The notes: generated from the letters alone by a model not told the origin. A DNA stretch of 60,786 nt from an uncultured Muribaculaceae bacterium (GCA_964636965.1 CAZWST010000004.1:1-60786), one strand, 5' to 3'. Positions 1 to 9,129 are shown, numbered from the stretch's first letter. Program-made: numbers and translations.

Positions 1-53
<53 letters not shown>

Positions 54-70
54 ATAAACAAAAAACTAAA

Positions 71-161
71 TGGCGGAGAAAGAGGGATTCGAACCCCCGC
101 GCCGTTGCCGACCTCCTGGTTTTCAAGACCAGTCCCTTCAACCGGACTTGGGTATTTCTCC
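71..161 (-). tRNA. tRNA-Ser (anticodon TGA)
   Basis: Reverse complement reads GGAGAAATACCCAAGTCCGGTTGAAGGGACTGGTCTTGAAAACCAGGAGGTCGGCAACGGCGCGGGGGTTCGAATCCCTCTTTCTCCGCCA. It has acceptor stem GGAGAAA/TTTCTCC, anticodon stem-loop CTGGT-CTTGAAA-ACCAG, a long variable arm, a GGTTCGAATCC T-loop and an encoded CCA. Confidence 0.9.
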
Positions 162-251
162 GTATTCCTTTGACAGGAACAAATTGATTATAACACAGCA
201 CATTTTGCTATGTCAATTATTTTTTCTTATTTTTCTGTGTCAAAGGGACAT

Positions 252-605
252 TTAATCATTAGGATGGAGGTCTTTATATTTTTCCTCTATCCATATAGGC
301 AAGTGTTGCTTTAATGGACTAAAACCACGGACCGACTCTTTTACTTTTCTATCCTCATCAATCCTATAGTTTAAATCCTTAACAGACAATATGCATTTTT
401 TTGTCTTTTTATCTATGTCTTTTATTTCGACATAGATTGTTTCGCCAATGTTAGCGTATTTATGAACATCTTTTACAAATTTATCTGATATTTCTGATAT
501 ATGCACTAAACCAGTGTATTTATCATTAATTTTCACGAATATACCGTAGGTTTCGACTCCGGTCACTTCGCCTTTCACAACACTTCCGACAGTAACGTCT
601 TCCAT
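252..605 (-). CDS. S1 RNA-binding domain protein (YabR/CvfD-like)
   Basis: 117-aa ORF with a GAGGTG RBS. S1 OB-fold signature GSVVKGEVTGVETYGIFVKI...TGLVHISEIS. Confidence 0.8.
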   Translation of the reverse strand: MEDVTVGSVVKGEVTGVETYGIFVKINDKYTGLVHISEISDKFVKDVHKYANIGETIYVEIKDIDKKTKKCILSVKDLNYRIDEDRKVKESVRGFSPLKQHLPIWIEEKYKDLHPND

Positions 606-701
606 AATTGCACCTCGCGTATAATTATAGCAAAAAAACGCTATTTTGTATATATTTAATTTGTTATTATATCTTTTTCTTAATTAAATTAAGAAATATA
701 G

Positions 702-710
702 TGGTATAAT
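702..710 (+). promoter_or_regulatory. putative extended -10 promoter element TGgTATAAT for the NifU-like gene
   Basis: TGGTATAAT lies 17 nt upstream of the ATG at 727. The track ATG at 709 falls inside this box. No good -35 was seen. Confidence 0.4.
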
Positions 711-726
711 GCTATTAGGTGATTTT

Positions 727-990
727 ATGAAAAGAGGAAAATCTAAAGCTGCTGAAGCCAAAAAAGATGAAACAACAATTATTGAGATTATTAACCAACT
801 TAGACCTTATTTAAATAGCGATGGTGGAGATATTGAATATATAAAGTACGAGGATAACTATGTCTATGTAAAATTATATGGAGCTTGTGCATCATGTATG
901 TTCCAAGATTATACTATTCAGGATAATATATATGAAGCAATTAAGGAACTAGTACCTGAATGCAAGGGTATCATTAATATTGAACTTTAA
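727..990 (+). CDS. NifU-like Fe-S cluster assembly domain protein (Nfu/YutI-like)
   Basis: NifU C-terminal domain signature LNSDGGDIEYIKYEDNYVYVKLYGACASC (CxxC). Start moved to ATG 727, which is preceded by AGGTGA. Confidence 0.75.
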   Translation: MKRGKSKAAEAKKDETTIIEIINQLRPYLNSDGGDIEYIKYEDNYVYVKLYGACASCMFQDYTIQDNIYEAIKELVPECKGIINIEL

Positions 991-1832
991 TGTTTTAACC
1001 AGTCTATATTTAAATTTACGTTTGTAGTTTTAATTTCTTTCATAGATGTATAGAGAAAAGTTTCATACTTTTCTCTTTTTTTATTAATTTTTTCTTGTTT
1101 ATCAATGTTTTTTTCAGATATTGCATCAAAATAGTAACTAGGATACATTAATCTTGCAAATAAAAACATTACTTCTTTGTCTGTTAAATTATATCTGTTT
1201 ATAATATTTATTAAATCATTGGAATTCATTTCGTCAAAAAAGAATTTTGATTTTGTATATTCTGCTATGTCGCGAGATATATAATCAACTAGAAGCTCTG
1301 TAGGATCCTTATACATTAAGCTGTAATTAGGATATTTTATACGAAAATGATTTATAGAAAGTCTTGCTTCTCCCAATAAACTTTTAGCTTTCTCATTTAT
1401 TGTAATGGCATTTTCTGACATTCCAATGTAATAATTTAGGTAATTAATCTTATCTAAATCTTCTTTTTCCATTTCTGTAATTTTTTTTATGAAATAATCT
1501 ATATTATTTTCCCATATCTTTGTATAATCGATTATTTTACTAGATATCACCGGTTGATATAGTAAATTATCTCCTATTACTTCTGTAGGAAATTCTGCTC
1601 TAAATAAAGCGTATTTTAAATTATTATAATCAAAGTAATATTTTCCTTCTTTTGTTAAAAGCGGATGATAATAGTTATCATTTATATTATTAATTATTTC
1701 TTCAAATATTTCTATATTATAAATAGGTTTGACTACAAAGAGGATGTTGTTTGATTCTATTATCAAAATATTGTTGATAAGTTTCGATTTATCAACAATT
1801 AAATTGTAGTAATATGAAATAATATTCTCCAT
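987..1832 (-). CDS. hypothetical protein, possibly a CotS/YutH-type kinase-like spore coat protein
   Basis: 281-aa ORF. The functional guess rests only on its position between NifU(YutI)-like and YutD-like genes, as in the B. subtilis yut region. No catalytic motif was verified. Confidence 0.3.
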   Translation of the reverse strand: MENIISYYYNLIVDKSKLINNILIIESNNILFVVKPIYNIEIFEEIINNINDNYYHPLLTKEGKYYFDYNNLKYALFRAEFPTEVIGDNLLYQPVISSKIIDYTKIWENNIDYFIKKITEMEKEDLDKINYLNYYIGMSENAITINEKAKSLLGEARLSINHFRIKYPNYSLMYKDPTELLVDYISRDIAEYTKSKFFFDEMNSNDLINIINRYNLTDKEVMFLFARLMYPSYYFDAISEKNIDKQEKINKKREKYETFLYTSMKEIKTTNVNLNIDWLKH

Positions 1833-1876
1833 ACTAAAGATTATGAAAAAAAGTATAGGTTTATACCTATACTTCT

Positions 1877-2749
1877 TTATCTACTTAATGAAAACGATTC
1901 AGGACCAACAACTAGTGTATCATCATGTGCTTCTTCAGAGGTTGTTCCTGTTGGCATAACTACGTTATTGTCACTTGCAGCTGGTATTATTTCATTAACT
2001 GTTGCTTGAGCGCCAGTTGCACTTGCTTGATAATTATTTGGTTCTTCCGAACTTTCTTGCTTTGCAATAGATATTTCAGGAATTCCATCTACTTGTGATG
2101 TTTCAATTGGCTGTAAATTTATCGCTTGTGCTTGTTGTAATTGGTCATCAGATGTTTGCATTCCAGAAGTTTGTTGCGATGATAAGTCATTGCCACTTCC
2201 AATGGCAGTCGCCATTGTCCCAACACTGGCATCTATTAAGTCAGAAGTTTTTCCTTCACCTTGTTCAGGCGCAAGACTTACTGCAGGTATATTTTCAAGT
2301 GTTTCTCCACCTGATTGATTAATTATTGAATCTGTTTTGTCAGCTGGTTGAGCAGTTACCTCAGGAATTAAGCCTGCATTTACTTTTGGTTGAACAATTC
2401 CATTTGAATCTGCTTCTTTTACATCTTCGGATATCATATTATTATCAGTCAAAGTGACTGTATCCTTTAAGTCAGAAGTTCCTTCACCATTAACGCTTTC
2501 TAAAGTTGGAACTTCACTTTCTATATCTTTATTATTTACTTCTAAAGTTTCAGTTCCCAATGGTTGAAGTGTTGATTCCTCTTCTAAATGATCACTTACT
2601 ACTTCAGGTTGGCTAGCTAAAGACATCTCTTGAACTGCTACTGGAGTTTCCTCAACTACATTATTTTTTTTAGCAATTTTACCTTTTACATAGTGCTCTA
2701 AATCTTCTAATACTCTTTTTGCTTCTGTAAAATCTTTTCCTTCTTGCAT
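1877..2749 (-). CDS. hypothetical acidic low-complexity (E/S/T/Q/P-rich) protein
   Basis: 290-aa ORF. A short structured N-terminus (MQEGKDFTEAKRVLEDLEHYVKGKI) is followed by about 250 aa of low-complexity sequence. It lies 15 nt downstream of the preceding gene on the same strand. Confidence 0.5.
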   Translation of the reverse strand: MQEGKDFTEAKRVLEDLEHYVKGKIAKKNNVVEETPVAVQEMSLASQPEVVSDHLEEESTLQPLGTETLEVNNKDIESEVPTLESVNGEGTSDLKDTVTLTDNNMISEDVKEADSNGIVQPKVNAGLIPEVTAQPADKTDSIINQSGGETLENIPAVSLAPEQGEGKTSDLIDASVGTMATAIGSGNDLSSQQTSGMQTSDDQLQQAQAINLQPIETSQVDGIPEISIAKQESSEEPNNYQASATGAQATVNEIIPAASDNNVVMPTGTTSEEAHDDTLVVGPESFSLSR

Positions 2750-2763
2750 TTTAAAACCTCCTA

Positions 2764-3687
2764 TTATGCTGCTTCTTCTTGAGCTATATAATCTTGAATT
2801 ACTTCTATAGCTTTAAGTGCATCTTCATCAGAAATTATTTCTTTTTGTACATTATTGTTTATTTGCTCTGGTACAGAAATTATGCTATTATCTGTCGAAG
2901 CATTAGTTATGACGTTTTCAACTTGTGGTGAAAGGTTTTCTACTAAAGCTTCCGAAGTTGGTTGAGCACTTTCATTATTAATTGATTCTATAACAGGTTG
3001 TTCTAGAACTTGTGTGTCTGTATTAACTGGAACTGAAATAGCAGGTGTTTCTTCAGCAGGATTTTGAACAGCATCAACATTTGATATCTCTGGTTGATTT
3101 TGAATTGGTACAGCTGGTATTTCACTTGCTTGAGTTCCTGTTGTTACTGTTGAATTTTGTGGCTGCTCTATGTTTGTTAGCTCCGGCATTGGAGGATTTG
3201 AAAATATACTTTGTCCACCACCATTTTCTTCATCACCATTTTGAGAAGTCACTGGCTCTTGAGCAAAGAAAGTTGATGTACCATTTACTACTGGAGTTTC
3301 AGTTTGATTAGTTGAAATTGTATGAGTAGTTTGCGCTTCTTTGAATGCTTGTTTAGCAACAGAAGTTACAGCTAATTTCTTTGCATCTCCAACATTAATC
3401 ATATTTTCACCAAAAGAATAATATGTTACACCTTCTACTTCTTCCTTATGTGATATTTTAACCATTTTCTTCCTAATATTATCCCATTCTTCATCATTGA
3501 TTGGATTTGCAGCGCCTTGTACATCACTTGCTTCTGCAATGTATATTTTAGTCAAATCATTATCAACTTTTTCGTTTAAAGTATAAAATAAATATTTCTT
3601 ATTCAAATCAGCAATTGCAACATTTGCAATTCCTTCAACTGACATTACATCTCCATTTTTATTTAAAATTTGTATATTATCATTCAT
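2764..3687 (-). CDS. DUF1292-like N-terminal domain protein with a long disordered tail
   Basis: The N-terminal ~110 aa (ILNKNGDVMSVEGIANVAIADLNKKYLFYTL...TKIYIAEA) resemble small DUF1292 proteins. The remainder is Q/E/T/P/N-rich low complexity. Confidence 0.45.
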   Translation of the reverse strand: MNDNIQILNKNGDVMSVEGIANVAIADLNKKYLFYTLNEKVDNDLTKIYIAEASDVQGAANPINDEEWDNIRKKMVKISHKEEVEGVTYYSFGENMINVGDAKKLAVTSVAKQAFKEAQTTHTISTNQTETPVVNGTSTFFAQEPVTSQNGDEENGGGQSIFSNPPMPELTNIEQPQNSTVTTGTQASEIPAVPIQNQPEISNVDAVQNPAEETPAISVPVNTDTQVLEQPVIESINNESAQPTSEALVENLSPQVENVITNASTDNSIISVPEQINNNVQKEIISDEDALKAIEVIQDYIAQEEAA

Positions 3688-3710
3688 ACTTGTTCCTCAC
3701 TAACCTAACC

Positions 3711-3983
3711 TTATTTTTTCTTTAATAAAAAATATTTACAATCATAAGCACAGTTTTCTTTAATGTACTTATCTAAATCTTCGATATTATTTATTTTTGT
3801 TACATTTTTATTATCTTTATCATACAAGCCTTTTAATCTTAATTTTCCATAGGCCCAATCTCCGAATATATAATCATATTCGGAAAAATAATCTGTAGCA
3901 CGTTCTTCTACACTTTCTTTATCAAAACCATCTCGATAATTCTTTATTACTTCATAATTAAAATTATTTATTTTTATTTCCAT
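3711..3983 (-). CDS. yutD: YutD-like protein (DUF1027)
   Basis: 90-aa ORF with the motif DYIFGDWAYGKLRLKGLY, characteristic of YutD family proteins. Confidence 0.65.
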   Translation of the reverse strand: MEIKINNFNYEVIKNYRDGFDKESVEERATDYFSEYDYIFGDWAYGKLRLKGLYDKDNKNVTKINNIEDLDKYIKENCAYDCKYFLLKKK

Positions 3984-3984
3984 A

Positions 3985-4803
3985 TTATCCCCCTAAAATA
4001 CATGTTATAACAAAACCAATCATTAACTCGGTTGCAACAATGCTTAAAAGCATAAGTTTATCAACGAATCCATTGCCAGTAGTAAAAACTATTTGTCCTC
4101 TTTTAAAGACATTCTTTTTTTCTTCTACCAAATTCGTTCTATTTTCTTCTATCGTAATTATATGATTTATTTTTTCTATTTCTTCTTCGCTTAATGAAGC
4201 AATTGTTTTAATGCTATAACCATATTTGCTATAAAGATTGCTATCAAGCAAATTAGGGTTAACAGCAATCATACGTAGTTGAGTGTTGCTTAATTCTAAC
4301 TTATTTGATTCCCAAGCTCTTACGATTAAACCATTGTCTGATGATACTAATGATTTGATTTTTTTTAGATTTCCTTCAATTGGATTAAATATGCGATCAA
4401 ATTCTTTTATTTCTTCACTAGTAAATTCTTTTCTTTTACTTCTTTTAATAATCATTTCAAGAAGAATTTTTTCTATTTCTGTTGTTAATCCAGTTGCTTT
4501 CTTTTCTGACTTATAGTTTTTCATAAATTCATAATATTCATTCATATATTTAATGAAATTATTCATATCTGATTCTTTTAAATCATACATTAGTAAGTTA
4601 CATTCAAAAGCCTTTTCATTATCTATCTTATAGGGAAGAAGTACGCTTTTTTCTCCATAAATGATAGTTAGAACCTTTATTACGTTCATTTCAAATGTGA
4701 ATAATGGAGGATAAGTTTTTCCATCTTTATAAAGCATGTAAGAACTAATACCATTTTCAATAGCTGGATTAATAAATACTTTATCTACATATCTAGTTAT
4801 CAT
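3985..4803 (-). CDS. hypothetical protein with C-terminal transmembrane anchor
   Basis: 272-aa ORF. Its only hydrophobic segment is at the extreme C-terminus (LMLLSIVATELMIGFVITCILGG). It lies 1 nt from the yutD-like gene. Confidence 0.5.
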   Translation of the reverse strand: MITRYVDKVFINPAIENGISSYMLYKDGKTYPPLFTFEMNVIKVLTIIYGEKSVLLPYKIDNEKAFECNLLMYDLKESDMNNFIKYMNEYYEFMKNYKSEKKATGLTTEIEKILLEMIIKRSKRKEFTSEEIKEFDRIFNPIEGNLKKIKSLVSSDNGLIVRAWESNKLELSNTQLRMIAVNPNLLDSNLYSKYGYSIKTIASLSEEEIEKINHIITIEENRTNLVEEKKNVFKRGQIVFTTGNGFVDKLMLLSIVATELMIGFVITCILGG

Positions 4804-4856
4804 AGCATCACCCTACTATAATACATAATAACATATTTTAGAATAAAATAAAAGTG

Positions 4857-5546
4857 TTATAAGCCTGATAGTGTGCTGGATGTTTTATTAATACTTCCAC
4901 CATATATGCTTGGGACTGAGCCATTTATTATTTTTGAACTAATAAGTAAGTCGAATTTTTTATTTAATTTTTCTTCTTTATATGGTAAGTACATCTTTTG
5001 TTCTAAGTATACTTCTAAAAAAACTTTTATAAGAGCATTATTTATTCCATAGTCTACAAGTTCCACCTTTATATTACCAAATGCATGTTCATAAAAGTTT
5101 AGTTTTATAGGTATTTGTGGCCCAATATTTTGAAATAGAACTCCATCATTTGAAATAAGCAATGGTAACATTAAGTAATTATTATTTCTATGTCTTTTTA
5201 AGAGTGAATCTGTTGTATTGAATTCAAAAATATTTGCTTGTATTTTTTTTATAACTTCTACCATTATTTCATTTGCATAGTTAGTATCAATATCAACGTA
5301 TAAAATTTCATCTTTACTATTTTTGTTAATATTTATTAGTTTGTTAACATCAACATTTTGGGGAACTATATTATTCTTTATGTATAAATTAGAAATCTCT
5401 TCTATTTTAGTTGTTGCAACATTTATTAATTTTGGTGATATCTTTTTATCATAATAATTGATTATAAAAAAAGTAGTGATAGTAATAATTATAAGGAGAA
5501 TTTCTTTATGTGAACTTTTTATAGATTTAGTTTTAAACTTTTTCAT
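4857..5546 (-). CDS. yunB: sporulation protein YunB-like
   Basis: 229-aa ORF with an N-terminal TM segment. Its size and position next to yut-like genes match B. subtilis yunB. The C-terminal part VELVDYGINNALIKVFLEVYLEQKM is YunB-like. Confidence 0.45.
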   Translation of the reverse strand: MKKFKTKSIKSSHKEILLIIITITTFFIINYYDKKISPKLINVATTKIEEISNLYIKNNIVPQNVDVNKLININKNSKDEILYVDIDTNYANEIMVEVIKKIQANIFEFNTTDSLLKRHRNNNYLMLPLLISNDGVLFQNIGPQIPIKLNFYEHAFGNIKVELVDYGINNALIKVFLEVYLEQKMYLPYKEEKLNKKFDLLISSKIINGSVPSIYGGSINKTSSTLSGL

Positions 5547-5573
5547 AGTATATTGTATGAAAAAAGATTGTTT

Positions 5574-6488
5574 TTAAAACAATCCTAAATCTAATAAAAT
5601 ATTAAGTATGTATACAGCTCCAACTACTAGCGCGATTATTATAATAAAAATTACTATTTTAATTATAATTGTTCCTGTATCTTGTTTTGATATATCAGAA
5701 AAATCATCATATGATGATAGATCAATATTAAGTTTTGATAATGTTTTTTCAACTTTCTCTTCTTTTTCTTCTTCAACTGATTTTTCTTCGTGAGAATTTA
5801 TTGGTTCTTCTTTATCTGAATCGGCAACTAAATGAATTTCCTTTTGTGCCTTAGTTAAATCTTCTTCAATTAAAGTGGAGGTTTCAGGCTCCTCTTGTGT
5901 ATTAAAATCATCAGTTAAATTTAATAATTCTAAATCTTTTTGTGTTTCTCTTTTCTTTGCTTCTTCTTTATAGTTTACTTCAAGCTGAGTGATTGTATTA
6001 ATTAAATTCATTAAATTATCTTCTTCAGCTTTTCTTTCATTATTTCTTTTAGCATCCTCAACTTTTTTTAATTCTAAATCCAAGTTGTTTAGAATTTCAT
6101 ATTGAGCTTCTCTAACTTTTTTTAATCTTTCTTTGTTATAATCAACATTCTTTCCTTGTTTTGCTTTTTCTAATATTGCATTAATATCATATTCTTTTGT
6201 ATCAACAAGTGGTTGGTTAACAATTGGTTCATCTTCGTATGCTGGTACTTCTATACTTCTTCTTTTGGGTGCATAATCATTATATTTTTCATCAAGTATT
6301 TTACCTAGTTTAGATATATCTATGCTTGAAGCATTGTCATCTATTACAGAAACATTAGAATTAACATCAAATTCGTTTAATGCGCTATTCTTAACATCTT
6401 CATATAAACTTTTGTTCCTTTGCGTACGTGATTTATATTCAGTGTTAGATGCACTATACTTATCCATTCTACTTTGCATACTTTTCAC
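5574..6488 (-). CDS. hypothetical K/E-rich coiled-coil protein with C-terminal TM anchor
   Basis: 304-aa ORF. Charged helical repeats are followed by a C-terminal hydrophobic segment IIIKIVIFIIIIALVVGAVYILNILL. Confidence 0.5.
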   Translation of the reverse strand: MKSMQSRMDKYSASNTEYKSRTQRNKSLYEDVKNSALNEFDVNSNVSVIDDNASSIDISKLGKILDEKYNDYAPKRRSIEVPAYEDEPIVNQPLVDTKEYDINAILEKAKQGKNVDYNKERLKKVREAQYEILNNLDLELKKVEDAKRNNERKAEEDNLMNLINTITQLEVNYKEEAKKRETQKDLELLNLTDDFNTQEEPETSTLIEEDLTKAQKEIHLVADSDKEEPINSHEEKSVEEEKEEKVEKTLSKLNIDLSSYDDFSDISKQDTGTIIIKIVIFIIIIALVVGAVYILNILLDLGLF

Positions 6489-6586
6489 CCTACTAGAATT
6501 TTATCATATTATGTATATTTTTGTACATATAAGTTGTTTTTTTTGTTGTAAATCTGTATAATTGTATTAGTTAAGGAGATGATTTT

Positions 6587-6943
6587 ATGAAGCTAGTTGT
6601 TGATAAAGATAAATGCATAGGTTGTGGTGCTTGCGTTGCAATTTCACCAAATAATTTTGATTTTGATGAAGATGGTTTATCGTCAGTTATCGGGGAAGAA
6701 GTTACTGATGAAACTAGAAACGCCATCGATGCTTGTCCTGTATATGCAATCTCAATAGATGAAAGTGCTAGTCAAGTTGAAAAAGATAAAAAACATGTAT
6801 GTTCATGTGGAGAAGAATGTAGCTGCGGTGATGAATGTGAGTGCGGGGACGAATGTAACTGTGAGAGTCATGGTTGCTGCTGTGAAAATTCTGAATGTGA
6901 ATATAAAGAAACTGAAGAAGATGAATTTGAAGAAGCTGCTTAA
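6587..6943 (+). CDS. single-cluster 4Fe-4S ferredoxin fused to a Cys-rich (CxCG[ED]E-repeat) acidic tail
   Basis: GGAGA RBS. Ferredoxin motif CIGCGACVAISP...CPVYAI. The tail CSCGEECSCGDECECGDECNCESHGCCCENSEC has 12 Cys in 33 residues. Confidence 0.8.
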   Translation: MKLVVDKDKCIGCGACVAISPNNFDFDEDGLSSVIGEEVTDETRNAIDACPVYAISIDESASQVEKDKKHVCSCGEECSCGDECECGDECNCESHGCCCENSECEYKETEEDEFEEAA

Positions 6944-7098
6944 AGCTTCTTTTTTTTATAAAAAAATATTGTATTTTTATTAGTATTTCTTCATAAGTTC
7001 TTAAATGCCGTTATAACCTTTATTTATAGAAGTTGCGACATTTTTATTTTTAAAAGATATTCACATATACTTTTATAATTTCTTATATTTTCGTTTTC

Positions 7099-7123
7099 AA
7101 AAGTAGTAAATTAGTAGTAAAAT
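7099..7123 (+). repeat. 25-bp direct repeat, copy 1 (AAAAGTAGTAAATTAGTAGTAAAAT)
   Basis: Exact match to 7946-7970. Internally it is two 11-nt tandem units, AGTAGTAAATT and AGTAGTAAAAT. Confidence 0.9.
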
Positions 7124-7368
7124 TTCAGTAGTTGATTTGTATTATTAGTTTTTTAGTTTTTATGTTGGAATTAAAAAATACTATGACATTGCATAGTATA
7201 GAATATACCAATAAGCGAGACTAGTGGCATAGCCACTAAAGTTCTCGCCATAATAAGGATAGTATTACCCTTATTATGTAGCATGAAGCATGTAGCATAT
7301 TAATTCTTTTAGATACTGCAAACAAAAATTTATAGCTAATTTATATTTGGCATATAGACTATTATCAA

Positions 7369-7884
7369 TTATCTAGATATTTTCATATGAATATCTTCTT
7401 CAGTTTTGCCTATTCCATCTCTTATAAAGCCAACTTTTTCATAACAATGAATTGCTCTTAAATTGGTTGCATAAACATTTAATTCCATTCCATCTAAGTT
7501 TAATTCTTCATAAGCATATTTAATCAAAGCCTTAATAGCTTCAGTACCAAAATGCCTATCTTGTTTTAAGGCCGTAATAGAAATACCTAATTCTCCGATA
7601 TTGTTTTTAATTTCCATTATCTCTATATTTCCAATATATTCGCCAGTGTTTTTTTCTATCATGGAATAACACAAAGCATTTTCTTCAAGTTTAGAGTTTA
7701 ACCAATTCAACTCTTGTTCATAAGTATAACTGCGAACTTTATGACTAATCTTATTAGCAACATTAGGGTCATTTACCATAATTAAATAATCATTAACCAA
7801 TTTTTCACTTAATTTTACATAATAAATATTTTCTGATTCAAAAACTACTTCATAGTTTTGTTTTATAAAATCTATTTTTTCCAT
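7369..7884 (-). CDS. GNAT family N-acetyltransferase (RimJ/RimL-like)
   Basis: 171-aa ORF with a GGAGGA RBS. Acetyl-CoA-binding region ITALKQDRHFGTEAIKALIKYAYEEL and C-terminal NLRAIHCYEKVGF. Confidence 0.8.
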   Translation of the reverse strand: MEKIDFIKQNYEVVFESENIYYVKLSEKLVNDYLIMVNDPNVANKISHKVRSYTYEQELNWLNSKLEENALCYSMIEKNTGEYIGNIEIMEIKNNIGELGISITALKQDRHFGTEAIKALIKYAYEELNLDGMELNVYATNLRAIHCYEKVGFIRDGIGKTEEDIHMKISR

Positions 7885-7945
7885 TTTTGTTCCTCCTTAA
7901 TTTAGTTTTATTATACACTATTGTGACAAGTTATTCTAGATGATA

Positions 7946-7970
7946 AAAAGTAGTAAATTAGTAGTAAAAT
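7946..7970 (+). repeat. 25-bp direct repeat, copy 2
   Basis: Exact match to 7099-7123. It lies about 60 bp upstream of the GNAT start codon. Confidence 0.9.
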
Positions 7971-8046
7971 AACTTTAAAAATTTTTATAAAGTCCTTAAA
8001 ATAAAGTTTTTTAATAATAACTGCTATTTTTTAATATAAAAAGATT

Positions 8047-8556
8047 TTATGATTTTTCAATAAAATCTTTTACCTTATGAGGTTCATCTCTTAATAAGTC
8101 ATTATAGTTTTGTTGTCTTAATGCTTCATACGTCATTATTGCAACAGTATTTGATAAGTTAAGTGCTCTTACGTTAGCAGTCATAGGCATACGCATGCAG
8201 TAATCTAGATGTGGTTTTAAAAGTTCTGGTGGAATACCTGTTGATTCTTTTCCAAAGATAAAATAAATATTTTCATCTGAATTACTATAGTCAAATTCTG
8301 TATGTGGTTTGTGTCCATACCTTGTTAGATAATAATACGTCCCTTTATTTTTTTCATAAAACTCATCAATATTTTCATAAACTTTATAATCACATTTATC
8401 TATGTAATTAACTCCACTTCTTTTTATATACTTATCTTCTAGAGAAAATCCTAGTGGCTTTATTAAATGAAGCTTGGAATTTGTTGCTACACATGTACGC
8501 ATAATGTTTCCAGTATTCCCTGGTATTTCTGGTTCAAAAAGAACAATGTTAATCAT
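8047..8556 (-). CDS. trmL: tRNA (cytidine/uridine-2'-O)-methyltransferase TrmL (SpoU/TrmH family)
   Basis: 169-aa ORF. N-terminus INIVLFEPEIPGNTGNIMRTC, plus IFGKESTGIP and ALNLSNTVAI, the SPOUT knot motifs. Confidence 0.85.
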   Translation of the reverse strand: MINIVLFEPEIPGNTGNIMRTCVATNSKLHLIKPLGFSLEDKYIKRSGVNYIDKCDYKVYENIDEFYEKNKGTYYYLTRYGHKPHTEFDYSNSDENIYFIFGKESTGIPPELLKPHLDYCMRMPMTANVRALNLSNTVAIMTYEALRQQNYNDLLRDEPHKVKDFIEKS

Positions 8557-8610
8557 ATTATCACTTCCATTTATAATTATATAATTAATAAGAAAAAAAA
8601 CAAGATAATT

Positions 8611-9129
8611 TTATCTTGCTACTAATTCATACATATCAATAACTTGGCTGAAGTCATCTTTGTTAAGTAAGGATGTACTTGAATCCTTTGTATATGTTGG
8701 AACTCCTTCTTTATAGTATACTAAAGCCGGGAACTTCTTTATTTCAAGGCTACCAGTCAAATTTAATGTTGCATTTAAATTTTTTATAAAATTTTGTTCT
8801 GTCATGTGTTCTAAGACATTTAAGTACATGACATTATCTATTAAATTATTATTCTTTAAATATTTTTTTATTTCTTGCTCATTATTATGGATTTGTTCAT
8901 CTTGTGTAAAACTTATAACTAAAAATGTGTCTGCATCAATTTCTTTTGTTGCTTCCTTTAAATCCTCATACAAAACTTCTTTACTTGCAAGAGGGCTTAC
9001 TTTACTTTTGTTGTCTTTATAAATATTAAACAAGTTATAAAAGGCAAAACATGCACTTACGACTAAAACTATAACTCCAATTAAGATTATATAATTTCTT
9101 GATGGGATTTTTTTTGTCATACTTATCAC
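8611..9129 (-). CDS. hypothetical N-terminally anchored membrane protein, possibly thioredoxin-fold without CxxC
   Basis: 172-aa ORF with one N-terminal TM (IILIGVIVLVVSACFAFYNLF). The C-terminal FPALVYYKEGV is thioredoxin-fold-like, but no redox cysteine pair is present. Confidence 0.35.
   Translation of the reverse strand: MISMTKKIPSRNYIILIGVIVLVVSACFAFYNLFNIYKDNKSKVSPLASKEVLYEDLKEATKEIDADTFLVISFTQDEQIHNNEQEIKKYLKNNNLIDNVMYLNVLEHMTEQNFIKNLNATLNLTGSLEIKKFPALVYYKEGVPTYTKDSSTSLLNKDDFSQVIDMYELVAR

Noticed and set aside
70-255. 61-aa plus-strand ORF from the track.
   Set aside because: It lies directly antisense over tRNA-Ser (71-161), has no RBS, and its sequence is explained by the tRNA gene.
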